From NCBI GenBank assembly GCA_030867685.1, contig JAQOWU010000008.1, forward strand, positions 1-64,000: a stretch of DNA of 64,000 nt. Reading direction: 5' to 3'. Shown here one piece after another: positions 50,910 to 60,163 of this stretch. The position numbers and the translations under genes were made by a program. How positions within the stretch are numbered: position 1 is the stretch's first letter; every line of letters begins with the position of its first letter. Below the pieces are notes generated by a model. That model was not told the origin of the DNA and ran no database searches. It saw only the letters and a list, made by a program, of their open reading frames with translations. Source of the DNA: Wickerhamiella versatilis. Taxonomy: Eukaryota.

Positions 50910-52190
50910 ATGGTTATTGAAGAAATGGCGGAGGTAGATAACTTGAGAGTCGCAATAGTCGGTAAGGGGCTTGTAGCGGCAGTAACAGCACTTGCCCTAA
51001 GCAAGCTTCCGAACGTAACGGTTAGCGTATTCGAGCTTGATGGTTCAGAATGCCTAGAACCGGTGTGGACCCGCGTGACACTCTCAGCCCTAATCGTTTT
51101 GGAAAAGTTAGGCATCAAATTAAGTGAAATTGACAAACTTCTCTACCGCAGCAATGGCAAATTAAATATTCACGATGCGTATACCAACAAGTTTCTACGA
51201 TCTGTATCGAGCTCTTCGTACGTCAGGGATGAATTTCTTCCAGGCGTGGCTCTTGAGAGTCAGCTACTTCATCTTATCCAGGATCTGCTACCAGAACAAC
51301 ATGTGGAACACTACAAGAAAACTGGTATAAAAGAAGTCCGGTCTTTTGATAACCGTGTTTTTATTGATTTCTCAGATGAAACCTCCGTCATCAATGACTT
51401 GCTAATTATCACGGATCCCACCCTCTTCAATGAACCAGCTCATCAATCTTTATTCAATTATCCTCAGTCTGACGTTAAAAATCGTAAAATTTACTATCAG
51501 AATATTCTTCCTCAACACTTGGTGAATGATGTCAGTGGCATTCCCGATGCACTTACTTTATGGTTGGGTAACGATGACAAGGCTGTTGTGCTCACCTCTC
51601 GTCTTGGTCCTGAGCAATTTGGAGTAAATGTTGTTCTTTCGGATAATAAGCAAGTGAAATTCGAGAGCCGTGCTGAAGTTCTTCGTCGAGTTGAAGAGGC
51701 CTTTAGAGACTGGAACCCAAAATTGAAGAGGCTAATTGGTCACTCTCCTAGCTACGTAGCTAGTTCGCAGATTTATCATGAGTGGCCGGAAGAAATCACG
51801 AAGCACAGTCGTGTCGTGTACACAGGTAGAGCAGCACATCCAGTGTCTAATGGCCATGTCATTGATTTTCCACTGGGAGTCGGGGACGCATGGGCTCTCT
51901 ATTTGGCTCTGAAGCATACCGCCCTTGAGAACAAATCAGGAAGTTCATATGTATATGATACCTTTCTTGCATTATTCTACTATAGCGAAACTCGCAGAAA
52001 GTTTCTCAACACAGTGAAGAAAACTACTAATAGAATTAACAATCCAGATGGCCACACTACCACTATGGAAAAGGAAATTTATTTGAAGAATAACAAATAT
52101 GGCCGTTGGATTACAGAAAATGATGTTGAAAAAGATTTTAAGGATGTTTCAGACTTGAATGTTGAGAATATCATTAATCGCAAATTATGA
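50910..52190 (+). CDS. Divergent FAD-monooxygenase homolog with degenerate cofactor motifs
   Basis: GKGLVAAVTALALSKLPNV resembles the neighbour's N-terminus. The DG motif is replaced by LIITDPT and GDAAH by GRAAH. Confidence 0.75.
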   Translation: MVIEEMAEVDNLRVAIVGKGLVAAVTALALSKLPNVTVSVFELDGSECLEPVWTRVTLSALIVLEKLGIKLSEIDKLLYRSNGKLNIHDAYTNKFLRSVSSSSYVRDEFLPGVALESQLLHLIQDLLPEQHVEHYKKTGIKEVRSFDNRVFIDFSDETSVINDLLIITDPTLFNEPAHQSLFNYPQSDVKNRKIYYQNILPQHLVNDVSGIPDALTLWLGNDDKAVVLTSRLGPEQFGVNVVLSDNKQVKFESRAEVLRRVEEAFRDWNPKLKRLIGHSPSYVASSQIYHEWPEEITKHSRVVYTGRAAHPVSNGHVIDFPLGVGDAWALYLALKHTALENKSGSSYVYDTFLALFYYSETRRKFLNTVKKTTNRINNPDGHTTTMEKEIYLKNNKYGRWITENDVEKDFKDVSDLNVENIINRKL

Positions 52191-52219
52191 CCTCCACCTT
52201 ATCGCCAGCACGTCTCCTC

Positions 52220-52252
52220 AAGCGGGCTATCTTGCGTTGTCCAGCCAATCTC
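52220..52252 (+). repeat. 41-bp unit relic overlapping the 3' end and stop codon of the Zn2Cys6 gene
   Basis: AAGCGGGCTATCTTGCGTTGTCCAGCCAATCTC (29/33 to the consensus). Confidence 0.85.
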
Positions 52253-54191
52253 TTTGGGTCATGGGATCGAAGAGCGTGAGCAATGTTTGTCTAACAATAT
52301 TAGCCTGATCATCGGGGTTCAAAATTGGATCATTGGTGGTATCAAGTACCAGCTCGCTTGGCACGACAGGAGGTTCCTGTAGTCGTTCACTGGCACGATA
52401 GAGTGACCATAAAACCTGAATGCTTTGGCTTGCAGTATCACGATATTCGCACATTTGATCTAACGTGTCGATTGCATTCTTGACCTGTTGCTGTAGCTTT
52501 TGCCTCAGAGCAGCATCGTATCGATACGCACTAAAGAGTGATATTACTGGTATGAGGGCAGCCTGAAACATGTACCATACCCCAGGCCAACAGCTCAGTA
52601 AATGAGGGCGCCATTCGCTAGATATATCCACAATAGCCTGTGCAGCAATCTCCCGGCATACGCTTACAACGGCCTCAGAGTGATTTGTCGTCGAGCAATT
52701 CGATAGAGCGCTGCGCAACAGAAATGGCCGATAAAGAGCAATTCTAATATTGTTATACTCCCATTTTAGGGCTCGTAGAGCCATATAGATACCAAGTGGT
52801 GCCCCTACTGGCTCATGCAGGTACAGAGGAGACTGGTTATACCAAGCTCGCAGCTCGGCGTCGAGGGATTCTGCGTCTGACTCTTTCGGAAGTCTCGTCA
52901 GCATAAACAAAGTCTCTACCCGTTCCATGATACGAGAGAGCCCTATACGGCATACCAAGACAGATGTAGGGGTAACATGTTCACCTGAATCTTCGCCTGA
53001 GATATCGTCGATGTTGCCAGGTTCCTCGATTGTGATTCCCTGTCCCGCGTACAAACTTGGCCTTCCCAGTGAAAAGCCGCCAGATACCTCTGCCGTATAT
53101 AGAGCAAACCACAAACGGCGCCGTTGTTCCTTTTGTAGCCAACTTACCTGCGATAAGGTTTTCGTTGATAACCGTCGATGCAACCCCAACCCACATGCAA
53201 TCTTAAAAGCTACCCCTGAGAGAACCATTGCAGTGTTTGGCATGTTCTTCAGATGAAGGTAGTGGCCACCTAGAAGTATTAGCGCTTGCAGAACCTGCTC
53301 ATTACCTCTCCCAAGGTCTCCAAGATAATAACGTGCTGCTCTATAGTATGGTCCCTCGTCACACGATCTTGAATCCAGAGACACCAGCTTCCCCCACATC
53401 AGAACGCTATAGAGCAAGGCGAGCCACTGTCTCTTTTGTGATTGAGTCGCATAGGCGTCCCGAAATGTTGCCTCATGCACTATAGGCACCATAGGGTGAA
53501 CATATAAGAAGTACGAATCAATCAGCAAATAGTTAGACCGTGCATACGGTGCTGGGAAATTCTGCTTCTGAAAACCACTGTAAGAGTCGCCCTCACTTGA
53601 ATATGTTTTTACTTGCTCACCTAAAGGTCGTATATCCTGACCGAGCTTGCGTAATTCAGAAAAAATAGTTGATAAGGAAGGCATACCTAGATACGAGGAG
53701 CTACTGCCCAGGCTCAATCCATTTACATCATCGGCAACACTAGCTTCTTCGGACCATGAATACCCTCTCGGACTGCTCTCAACATCAACCTCAAAGTCAG
53801 GCGGTGCAGGCGACACCTCGACATCAGCAGATCTTCGTTCCATCTCCATAGAGCTGAGATTAGCATTGAGAGTTGTAAGCAGCTGCTCCCGAGAATAGTT
53901 CACGACTTCAGTGATATCCTGTTCAGGGAACAGCTTGTGGAGAATAGCAACACACTGTGTGAGCTTAATCTCACTTTTTCTATCTATACAACGTTCAACA
54001 CATCGATAGCGTATGCAGGAGCTACATGGCCGCTGCGATGAGCAAGCAACTTTTCGTCGTTTACACTCGAGGCACGCAGTGCCCCTCGCTACCATTTGAC
54101 TAGTAGCTGGCCTCTTTCCTAAGACTTTTGATGGTAATTTTCTGCCTCGTACGAGTCGCTCGTCTTCATCTTGCTGATGAGACCCACGCAT
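52227..54191 (-). CDS. Zn(II)2Cys6 transcription factor with fungal-specific TF domain (start uncertain: 54260, 54191 or 54095)
   Basis: CLECKRRKVACSSQRPCSSCIRYRCVERC; YFLYVHPMVPIVHE, ACGLGLHR, EQRRRLWFALY. Confidence 0.9.
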   Translation of the reverse strand: MRGSHQQDEDERLVRGRKLPSKVLGKRPATSQMVARGTACLECKRRKVACSSQRPCSSCIRYRCVERCIDRKSEIKLTQCVAILHKLFPEQDITEVVNYSREQLLTTLNANLSSMEMERRSADVEVSPAPPDFEVDVESSPRGYSWSEEASVADDVNGLSLGSSSSYLGMPSLSTIFSELRKLGQDIRPLGEQVKTYSSEGDSYSGFQKQNFPAPYARSNYLLIDSYFLYVHPMVPIVHEATFRDAYATQSQKRQWLALLYSVLMWGKLVSLDSRSCDEGPYYRAARYYLGDLGRGNEQVLQALILLGGHYLHLKNMPNTAMVLSGVAFKIACGLGLHRRLSTKTLSQVSWLQKEQRRRLWFALYTAEVSGGFSLGRPSLYAGQGITIEEPGNIDDISGEDSGEHVTPTSVLVCRIGLSRIMERVETLFMLTRLPKESDAESLDAELRAWYNQSPLYLHEPVGAPLGIYMALRALKWEYNNIRIALYRPFLLRSALSNCSTTNHSEAVVSVCREIAAQAIVDISSEWRPHLLSCWPGVWYMFQAALIPVISLFSAYRYDAALRQKLQQQVKNAIDTLDQMCEYRDTASQSIQVLWSLYRASERLQEPPVVPSELVLDTTNDPILNPDDQANIVRQTLLTLFDPMTQRDWLDNAR

Positions 54192-54331
54192 TCCAAAAGT
54201 CCTTGCATACGCGGAGAATAACCCCGTCTCGTAATTGTATAAGGGCAAGGGTATCCACACGGAGTTGTTCTCCGTGAGGGGCGGAAGCCTTTTAAACAGG
54301 CTAGCGTTCCGCAGTTACTCCTAACGATATC

Positions 54332-56797
54332 ATGGAACTCAGTGGATGGAAATTCAGGAAAGCTGGTACCAGTCACTGGTATGCCGCAGATCCTCTTCGA
54401 ACGCGAACAGAGATTTATGCGGACCTTCTAGATAATAAGCTCATCCCTGACCCATTCTATGGACTCAATGAGCGTGCCGTTCAGTGGGTTGGTGATTCCA
54501 CTTGGGAATATAGAACAGATTTCGAATATGAGTCTAATGGACTGAGAGCACAGTTGGTTTTCCAAGGCCTTGATACTTACGCCGATGTGTACCTGAATGA
54601 TGAGCACTTGTTGTGCTCAGAAAACATGTTCCATATCCACAAAATAGATGTCACAGAGCGCCTTCGGTCAGGGACAAATGCAGTGCTGCTACGTTTTTCC
54701 CCTGCTCTTCGTGAGTCGCGTAAAGCTGAGAGCCAGCACGGCGGCGTCAAGCCCCAATGGAACGGTGATCCATCGCGTCTGTACGCTCGAAAAGCTCAGT
54801 ACCATTATGGCTGGGACTGGGGCCCGGTATTGCTAACTTGTGGGCCCTGGCGTCCTGTGATTTTTGAGGTTTTCTCTGCAAAAATAGATGATGTCTACGT
54901 AAACGCCAATGTGGATGAGTCTCTAGACTCGAAGGTTGATATCTCTGTGGAAGCTTCTCCCTTGGATTTCCATGAGGGAACCATTCAGATCGAACTCCGG
55001 GACCCAAAGGGTGAGATCGTATTTACTGACAGTGCGCCCACATCATCATCGGTAAAATTCTCAACCCATTTGCGCAAGCCTGACCTCTGGTATCCTAGAG
55101 GATATGGAAAACAGGCTATGTATAAAGTTTTTGCTAGTCTTCATGTGCCAGGTAAAGGTGTGTCGAGCATATTCGAGAGAACTGCTGGCTTTCGACGTGT
55201 AGAACTCATACAACATCGTTTGAGGGGCGAAAAAGGCCTTTCTTTTTTCTTTAAAGTGAATAACATTCCTATTTTTATGATGGGATCCAACTGGATTCCA
55301 GCACATAATTACCTGACACGCCTCACCCGACAGGATTATGAAGAGTGGGTGAAACTCGCCATAGATGGGAATCAGAACATGCTCCGAATATGGGGGGGTG
55401 GTGTTTACGAAGATGACGCACTGTACGATGCTTGTGATCGAGCTGGTATTCTAGTCTGGCAAGATTTTCTCTTTGGTTGTGGTGTTTACCCTTATTATCC
55501 TGAGCTTGTTTCCAGTGTGAAAAAAGAATGCGAAGATCAGCTGCGAAGGCTAAGACATTTTGCAAGCATTATCGTTTATGCTGGTAATAATGAGGATTAT
55601 CAAATCGCGGAAGAAGCTCATATTAAGTGGGACCCTAACGATACAGACTTTGAAAATTGTGAGTTCCCCGCTCGTGCATACTACGAGAAAATATTGCCTG
55701 AAATATTGGGTCGAATTGTGCCGGGATCCATTTATCGTTTTGGTTGTCCGTTTGGTGGATCTTTGTCAGGTGATCTTACGGTAGGTGATACGCATCAATG
55801 GAACGTGTGGCACGGGACACAGGAGAAATACCAGGATTGGGCCAAGCTGGCTGGTCGCTTTGTGAGTGAATTTGGAATGCTGGCACTGCCTTCAAAGGAG
55901 ACTCTCGCATCGGTAATTCCTCCTGATGAGCTGTTTCCCCAGTCAGAAACTATGGACCTCCATAACAAGGCTGATGGATTTGAAAGGCGTCTGGCGCTAT
56001 ATGTAATGGAAAATCTTCGTGTGGATAGTATGGATATTGACAGCTGGGTTTACCTAACTCAGCTGGTCCAGTCTGAGTGCTTGGCGTACGCATACCGCTG
56101 CTGGCGACGCAAGTGGACCGGCCCTCAAGGTGAATATGTAGGAGGAGCACTCGTATGGCAGCTCAATGACTGTTGGCCAGTTACTTCTTGGGCGATATGT
56201 GACCACTATAAGGTACCGAAGCTTTCGTATTTTGCTATCAAACGCGAGTCAGCACCTTTCGCACTTGGAATATCTCGATCCAGTTTTCAAATCAACGAGG
56301 ATCAAAGGGTAAGCTGGTTAAAAAAATATAGTCATCAAGTTGCTATATGGGCAGTAAACTCGACGCTTGAAGCACATGACTGTGATATCGAGATAGCAAA
56401 ATTTGACATTGAATCAGGGGCCAGAATTTATTCAGAACGACACACGAAAAAGCTAATCAAGTCGAATTGCACAACAGAACTACTAAAGAATATTTCTGTG
56501 GACCAAAATACTGTTGTGAGAGCCAGAATGCTCCAGAACGGAACAGAGTTATGTACCGCATTTGACTGGCCTCAACCTCTCAAGTATCTCAAGTTTCCAA
56601 ATCGCGGTGTGACTATTGAGGTTCTGGATGGCTCAGTTACTGTAAGAGTACGGCGTCCAGTGAAAGGGCTTCAACTTTCCTGTCCTGGTGTTCACTTCTC
56701 CGATAATGGGTTTGACGTCTGCCCTGGTGCGTCTGTGTTGGTTGAGGGAAATGTTAAGCCAACAAGCAACGTATCTTTTAGGTATTACTGTATGTAG
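54332..56797 (+). CDS. Beta-mannosidase, glycoside hydrolase family 2 (no signal peptide)
   Basis: FQGLDTYA, RKAQYHYGWDWGP, GSNWIP, RIWGGGVYE, GNNE (acid/base), FVSEFG (nucleophile), WQLNDCWP. Confidence 0.95.
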   Translation: MELSGWKFRKAGTSHWYAADPLRTRTEIYADLLDNKLIPDPFYGLNERAVQWVGDSTWEYRTDFEYESNGLRAQLVFQGLDTYADVYLNDEHLLCSENMFHIHKIDVTERLRSGTNAVLLRFSPALRESRKAESQHGGVKPQWNGDPSRLYARKAQYHYGWDWGPVLLTCGPWRPVIFEVFSAKIDDVYVNANVDESLDSKVDISVEASPLDFHEGTIQIELRDPKGEIVFTDSAPTSSSVKFSTHLRKPDLWYPRGYGKQAMYKVFASLHVPGKGVSSIFERTAGFRRVELIQHRLRGEKGLSFFFKVNNIPIFMMGSNWIPAHNYLTRLTRQDYEEWVKLAIDGNQNMLRIWGGGVYEDDALYDACDRAGILVWQDFLFGCGVYPYYPELVSSVKKECEDQLRRLRHFASIIVYAGNNEDYQIAEEAHIKWDPNDTDFENCEFPARAYYEKILPEILGRIVPGSIYRFGCPFGGSLSGDLTVGDTHQWNVWHGTQEKYQDWAKLAGRFVSEFGMLALPSKETLASVIPPDELFPQSETMDLHNKADGFERRLALYVMENLRVDSMDIDSWVYLTQLVQSECLAYAYRCWRRKWTGPQGEYVGGALVWQLNDCWPVTSWAICDHYKVPKLSYFAIKRESAPFALGISRSSFQINEDQRVSWLKKYSHQVAIWAVNSTLEAHDCDIEIAKFDIESGARIYSERHTKKLIKSNCTTELLKNISVDQNTVVRARMLQNGTELCTAFDWPQPLKYLKFPNRGVTIEVLDGSVTVRVRRPVKGLQLSCPGVHFSDNGFDVCPGASVLVEGNVKPTSNVSFRYYCM

Positions 56798-56882
56798 GTT
56801 CTGAGCTACTCCTCTTGAGTATGGGCAACGCAAGATTAGGAGAAAAAAATAAAGGTTTAATAAATTTATGTTAGATCTTCTG

Positions 56883-58517
56883 CTATCTCCTAGCCCTCCA
56901 TAATCTTCTGATACGATAAATCCGCCCCTTCTCTGAGTCATGCGTACTATATGTCTTCAATGAAGCTTTTACTGGGTTTTTTGATGCAAATATTTCATCC
57001 AGCTCTTCCAGAGTCCACCCTTTGGTCTCTGGAATAACAGCATAAACAATAAGAGCTTGTATGATACACCAAACCATAAGAATGATGTAAGTTTTCCATT
57101 GAATTTTTTCTAACGCCACTGGCATCCCATAGGAGATCAAAAGGGAAGACGCATTGACTGCCAAGGAGCTGACGGCCATTCCCTTGGCCCGAATCTCAAA
57201 TGATAGAACTTCCACAGGATATAGTCCCTGAATTGCGCTATATCCAACAGAGAAAACAGCAGAAAATATGTATATCATGGCGATAGTTGCCTGTGCTGCA
57301 GATTTCAAGTCTTTTTCATTGTACATGGCAGTGCATATTACCATAGCCATCCAACACAGAGCGAGAAGTTGATTCACATACAAAAGCATTGTTCTTCTCC
57401 CAAACACATCCACACATGTCGCACCGGCAACAGCACAGACTAGGGACATGCAGGCGATTCCTAGATTGATGTTAAGTTGCTTTGTTGTGTCGGTTATCCC
57501 TGCAGTATCCAACACTCCTGAGAGATAGTATGAAATAAGGCCATTACCGGCCCACTGGGCTAGTATTGACACTGTCACGCTGCACATTATTCTGTATAAA
57601 GATGCACGTGTGGAAAAAAGAGCTCTATAGTCCCACCATTTCTGGTCGCTGCCATTAATCTTGAGATAGTCTTGATACTCTTCTAGTTGCAACTTGACCC
57701 ATATGGAATCTTTCTTTCCCTTGCCATGATATTTCACTAGAAATTTGTTGGCCTCATTCTCTCGATTATGCGCATAGAGCCACCTGGGTGACTCAGGCAG
57801 CAGCCAGCTAAACACGGCAATTAACCCTGGAAATAACATCTGAAGCCACAATGGAATCAGCCATGATTGATTACCTTTCTGATTCAGTGATCCACGGACG
57901 ACACCTGCAGCCAATATTGACCCTGTATAATAGAACGTGTTATATATCCCGGTCTGAACCCCGCGGAAAGCAGGATGTGATATCTCAACCACGTAAGTGG
58001 GACCAGCGCTGGCACATACAGTATATCCAAATCCTAAAAAGAACCTCCCCGCCAAGAATTGGCCCAAACTCGGATTAATAGATGTGGTCGCTGCTATTAT
58101 TGTCCCTACCATAATGATGATGGCACCAATCAGCATCCCAACCCGCCGTCCCCATGTATCAGTAAGAGGACCTACAAAGACCAACGCGCTTACCCCTCCT
58201 ACCTGATACATACCTGTCAGTATCCCGGCCCTCACTCCGACATTGCTGGACCCAAAAAAGTCTCGAAACCATTCATTGGATAGTAGTGCGTTCATCAGGG
58301 ACCCGTCATACCCATTTATTGTAGAATTTAAAAATCCCAATAGACAAGCTAGGTTCAATGGAAGCATCTCTTTGCAGAATAATCTTGTCGGTTCGATTTT
58401 TTGGGCCGACTCCACCGTCAGCTGCTCACTCATGGATTCCTCGAATCCGCTACCGCCATCTTCGGTGACAGTGTGCTCTTCATGCTCAACCTCGACCTTC
58501 TTCTCGACTTCAAGCAT
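56883..58517 (-). CDS. Sugar porter, Lac12/cellodextrin-permease-like
   Basis: INGYDGSLM, DTWGRR, VEISHPAFRG, PESPRWL, QWAGNGLISYY, PETKGWTLEE. Confidence 0.92.
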   Translation of the reverse strand: MLEVEKKVEVEHEEHTVTEDGGSGFEESMSEQLTVESAQKIEPTRLFCKEMLPLNLACLLGFLNSTINGYDGSLMNALLSNEWFRDFFGSSNVGVRAGILTGMYQVGGVSALVFVGPLTDTWGRRVGMLIGAIIIMVGTIIAATTSINPSLGQFLAGRFFLGFGYTVCASAGPTYVVEISHPAFRGVQTGIYNTFYYTGSILAAGVVRGSLNQKGNQSWLIPLWLQMLFPGLIAVFSWLLPESPRWLYAHNRENEANKFLVKYHGKGKKDSIWVKLQLEEYQDYLKINGSDQKWWDYRALFSTRASLYRIMCSVTVSILAQWAGNGLISYYLSGVLDTAGITDTTKQLNINLGIACMSLVCAVAGATCVDVFGRRTMLLYVNQLLALCWMAMVICTAMYNEKDLKSAAQATIAMIYIFSAVFSVGYSAIQGLYPVEVLSFEIRAKGMAVSSLAVNASSLLISYGMPVALEKIQWKTYIILMVWCIIQALIVYAVIPETKGWTLEELDEIFASKNPVKASLKTYSTHDSEKGRIYRIRRLWRARR

Positions 58518-58822
58518 ACTGCAGCGCCTAGACTAGGGCTAGCTTATATGTTAGTTGCGCATGAGATTTAAGGGTTGGGGCCTCGTGCCCCCCGCATTCA
58601 TTCACGGAGTTGATCACCGTGTGCTTAATTTTTTAGGGTTTGGATAGTGAGACATTTGAATAAAGCCGGACGATTCAAAGTAATATAGCCCACTAAGAGC
58701 CAGAAAATATATAGCTATCTTCAGTTAAAGCATGTGTATGCTTTAAATAGATGGTATAGAAGTGTATCTCAGAGATATCCTTGTAGCGGTGCAGCAACTA
58801 CGCAATAGCAGATCAATAGCCA

Positions 58823-59308
58823 TCAAGAAATCTCGTATTCCTCTGCTTCCTCTGCGATTGTCTCGACATCGTCCTCTACTCCTGGTCCTTGCTTGGACAA
58901 AGGATTCGCCTTGACCTCCTTTATTTTGTCATGGGTATATTTGATTACAAAAAAGACATATGGAAAGACTGTAGATACGAACGCAATCCACACATTTGCA
59001 TTATGAAAAATTGGGCTATTTTTTACTGCCCAACCTATAATCAGCCACATGAAGAGCATCACTAGAAATGATTCTCCAATGCATATAGAGACGTTCAGCC
59101 CGATGCATATAGCAGAAAGACGGGGATCTTGGAGTATATCGGCTTTGAGGAATGTGAAAAGTACTAGTTCTGTGATAATAATTGCAGTAAGTGAGATGGA
59201 GAGAAATCTGAACCAAGAATGTGTTTGATAGGACAGAAGTATTGAATCTAATGCACAAATGATTCTTGATGCATAAATTACACAATCATTCTGCTTTAAA
59301 GGCAACAT
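58823..59308 (-). CDS. Small orphan membrane protein (3-4 TM segments, acidic tail)
   Basis: Hydrophobic segments followed by EDDVETIAEEAEEYEIS; ATG at 59308. Confidence 0.5.
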   Translation of the reverse strand: MLPLKQNDCVIYASRIICALDSILLSYQTHSWFRFLSISLTAIIITELVLFTFLKADILQDPRLSAICIGLNVSICIGESFLVMLFMWLIIGWAVKNSPIFHNANVWIAFVSTVFPYVFFVIKYTHDKIKEVKANPLSKQGPGVEDDVETIAEEAEEYEIS

Positions 59309-59847
59309 TTCGCGCAATTGATGTCGGTGGTGTTACTGCAACGATATGTTGCAGGTGGTATGGCTACCTTACAATGACGTAGAGTTAAAGTTTGAATCGT
59401 CGCAATTGTCTGTCTGCGCTCTTCCTAGTATTGTGGCTGGCTGCTTTGCTAGTTTGATTTGATTTACGTGTTATTTATAATATTTTCCTTAACAGTTTAA
59501 CTTCCATTTCAACGTATTAACATATACTGAGATAAATATCAGGGTTGTAATGTCAAATCATAAAGCATAATTTTATTACTTTGACAAAGACTTCTTGTTT
59601 ACTGGATACGATCACCATGGTCAATTACAATAAGTAGGCTTAAAATTAAAATCTGCTGACACGTGTGTGGTCTGATGCACGAGTCATATCCCACACAAGT
59701 TATGATATCTCGCGCTGCCCAAAAATATGGGAACAAGAGTCACTTTATTGATGGTTCTTCACTAGATAGACTACTAACTATCGATATACTGGGGCCTTCC
59801 AAAGCACCGGGCTCAGTAAGCACTAAAATCCAAAAAGGATTGTCTAT

Positions 59848-60053
59848 CACTCGGAACTGGAGCACAGAGCCGCTAATGATTTGATTTAAGAGCTTGAACG
59901 GATGCCAAAAAAGATATCGGCGTCAGAGATTGTCCAAATAAATGTACACAAATATTCATATTATAAGACCATGAACTCGATAATACTGTGGGCTATCCTG
60001 CATTGTCCAACCAGTCTCAGGTGGTGAAGTGAGGAGGCGGGCTATCTCGCATT
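59848..60053 (+). repeat. Dispersed repeat family B, copy 2, with a 41-bp unit at 59988-60053
   Basis: Match to 4786-5065; unit reads GTGGGCTATCCTGCATTGTCCAACCAGTCTCAGGTGGTGAAGTG...GCGGGCTATCTCGCATT. Confidence 0.85.
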
Positions 60054-60163
60054 CGTACCTGAAGGCATAATGTCACGTGATAATACATGACTGGAATATC
60101 CCATATATGTACGTGAAAAATCTATGCTTCATAGCTTAAATATTTTAGCGGTCGTTGCCCGAT

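Noticed and set aside
56878-56900. Possible repeat-derived stop of the sugar porter (GCTATCT at the stop)
   Set aside because: Only about 7 bp match the unit, which is not distinguishable from chance.
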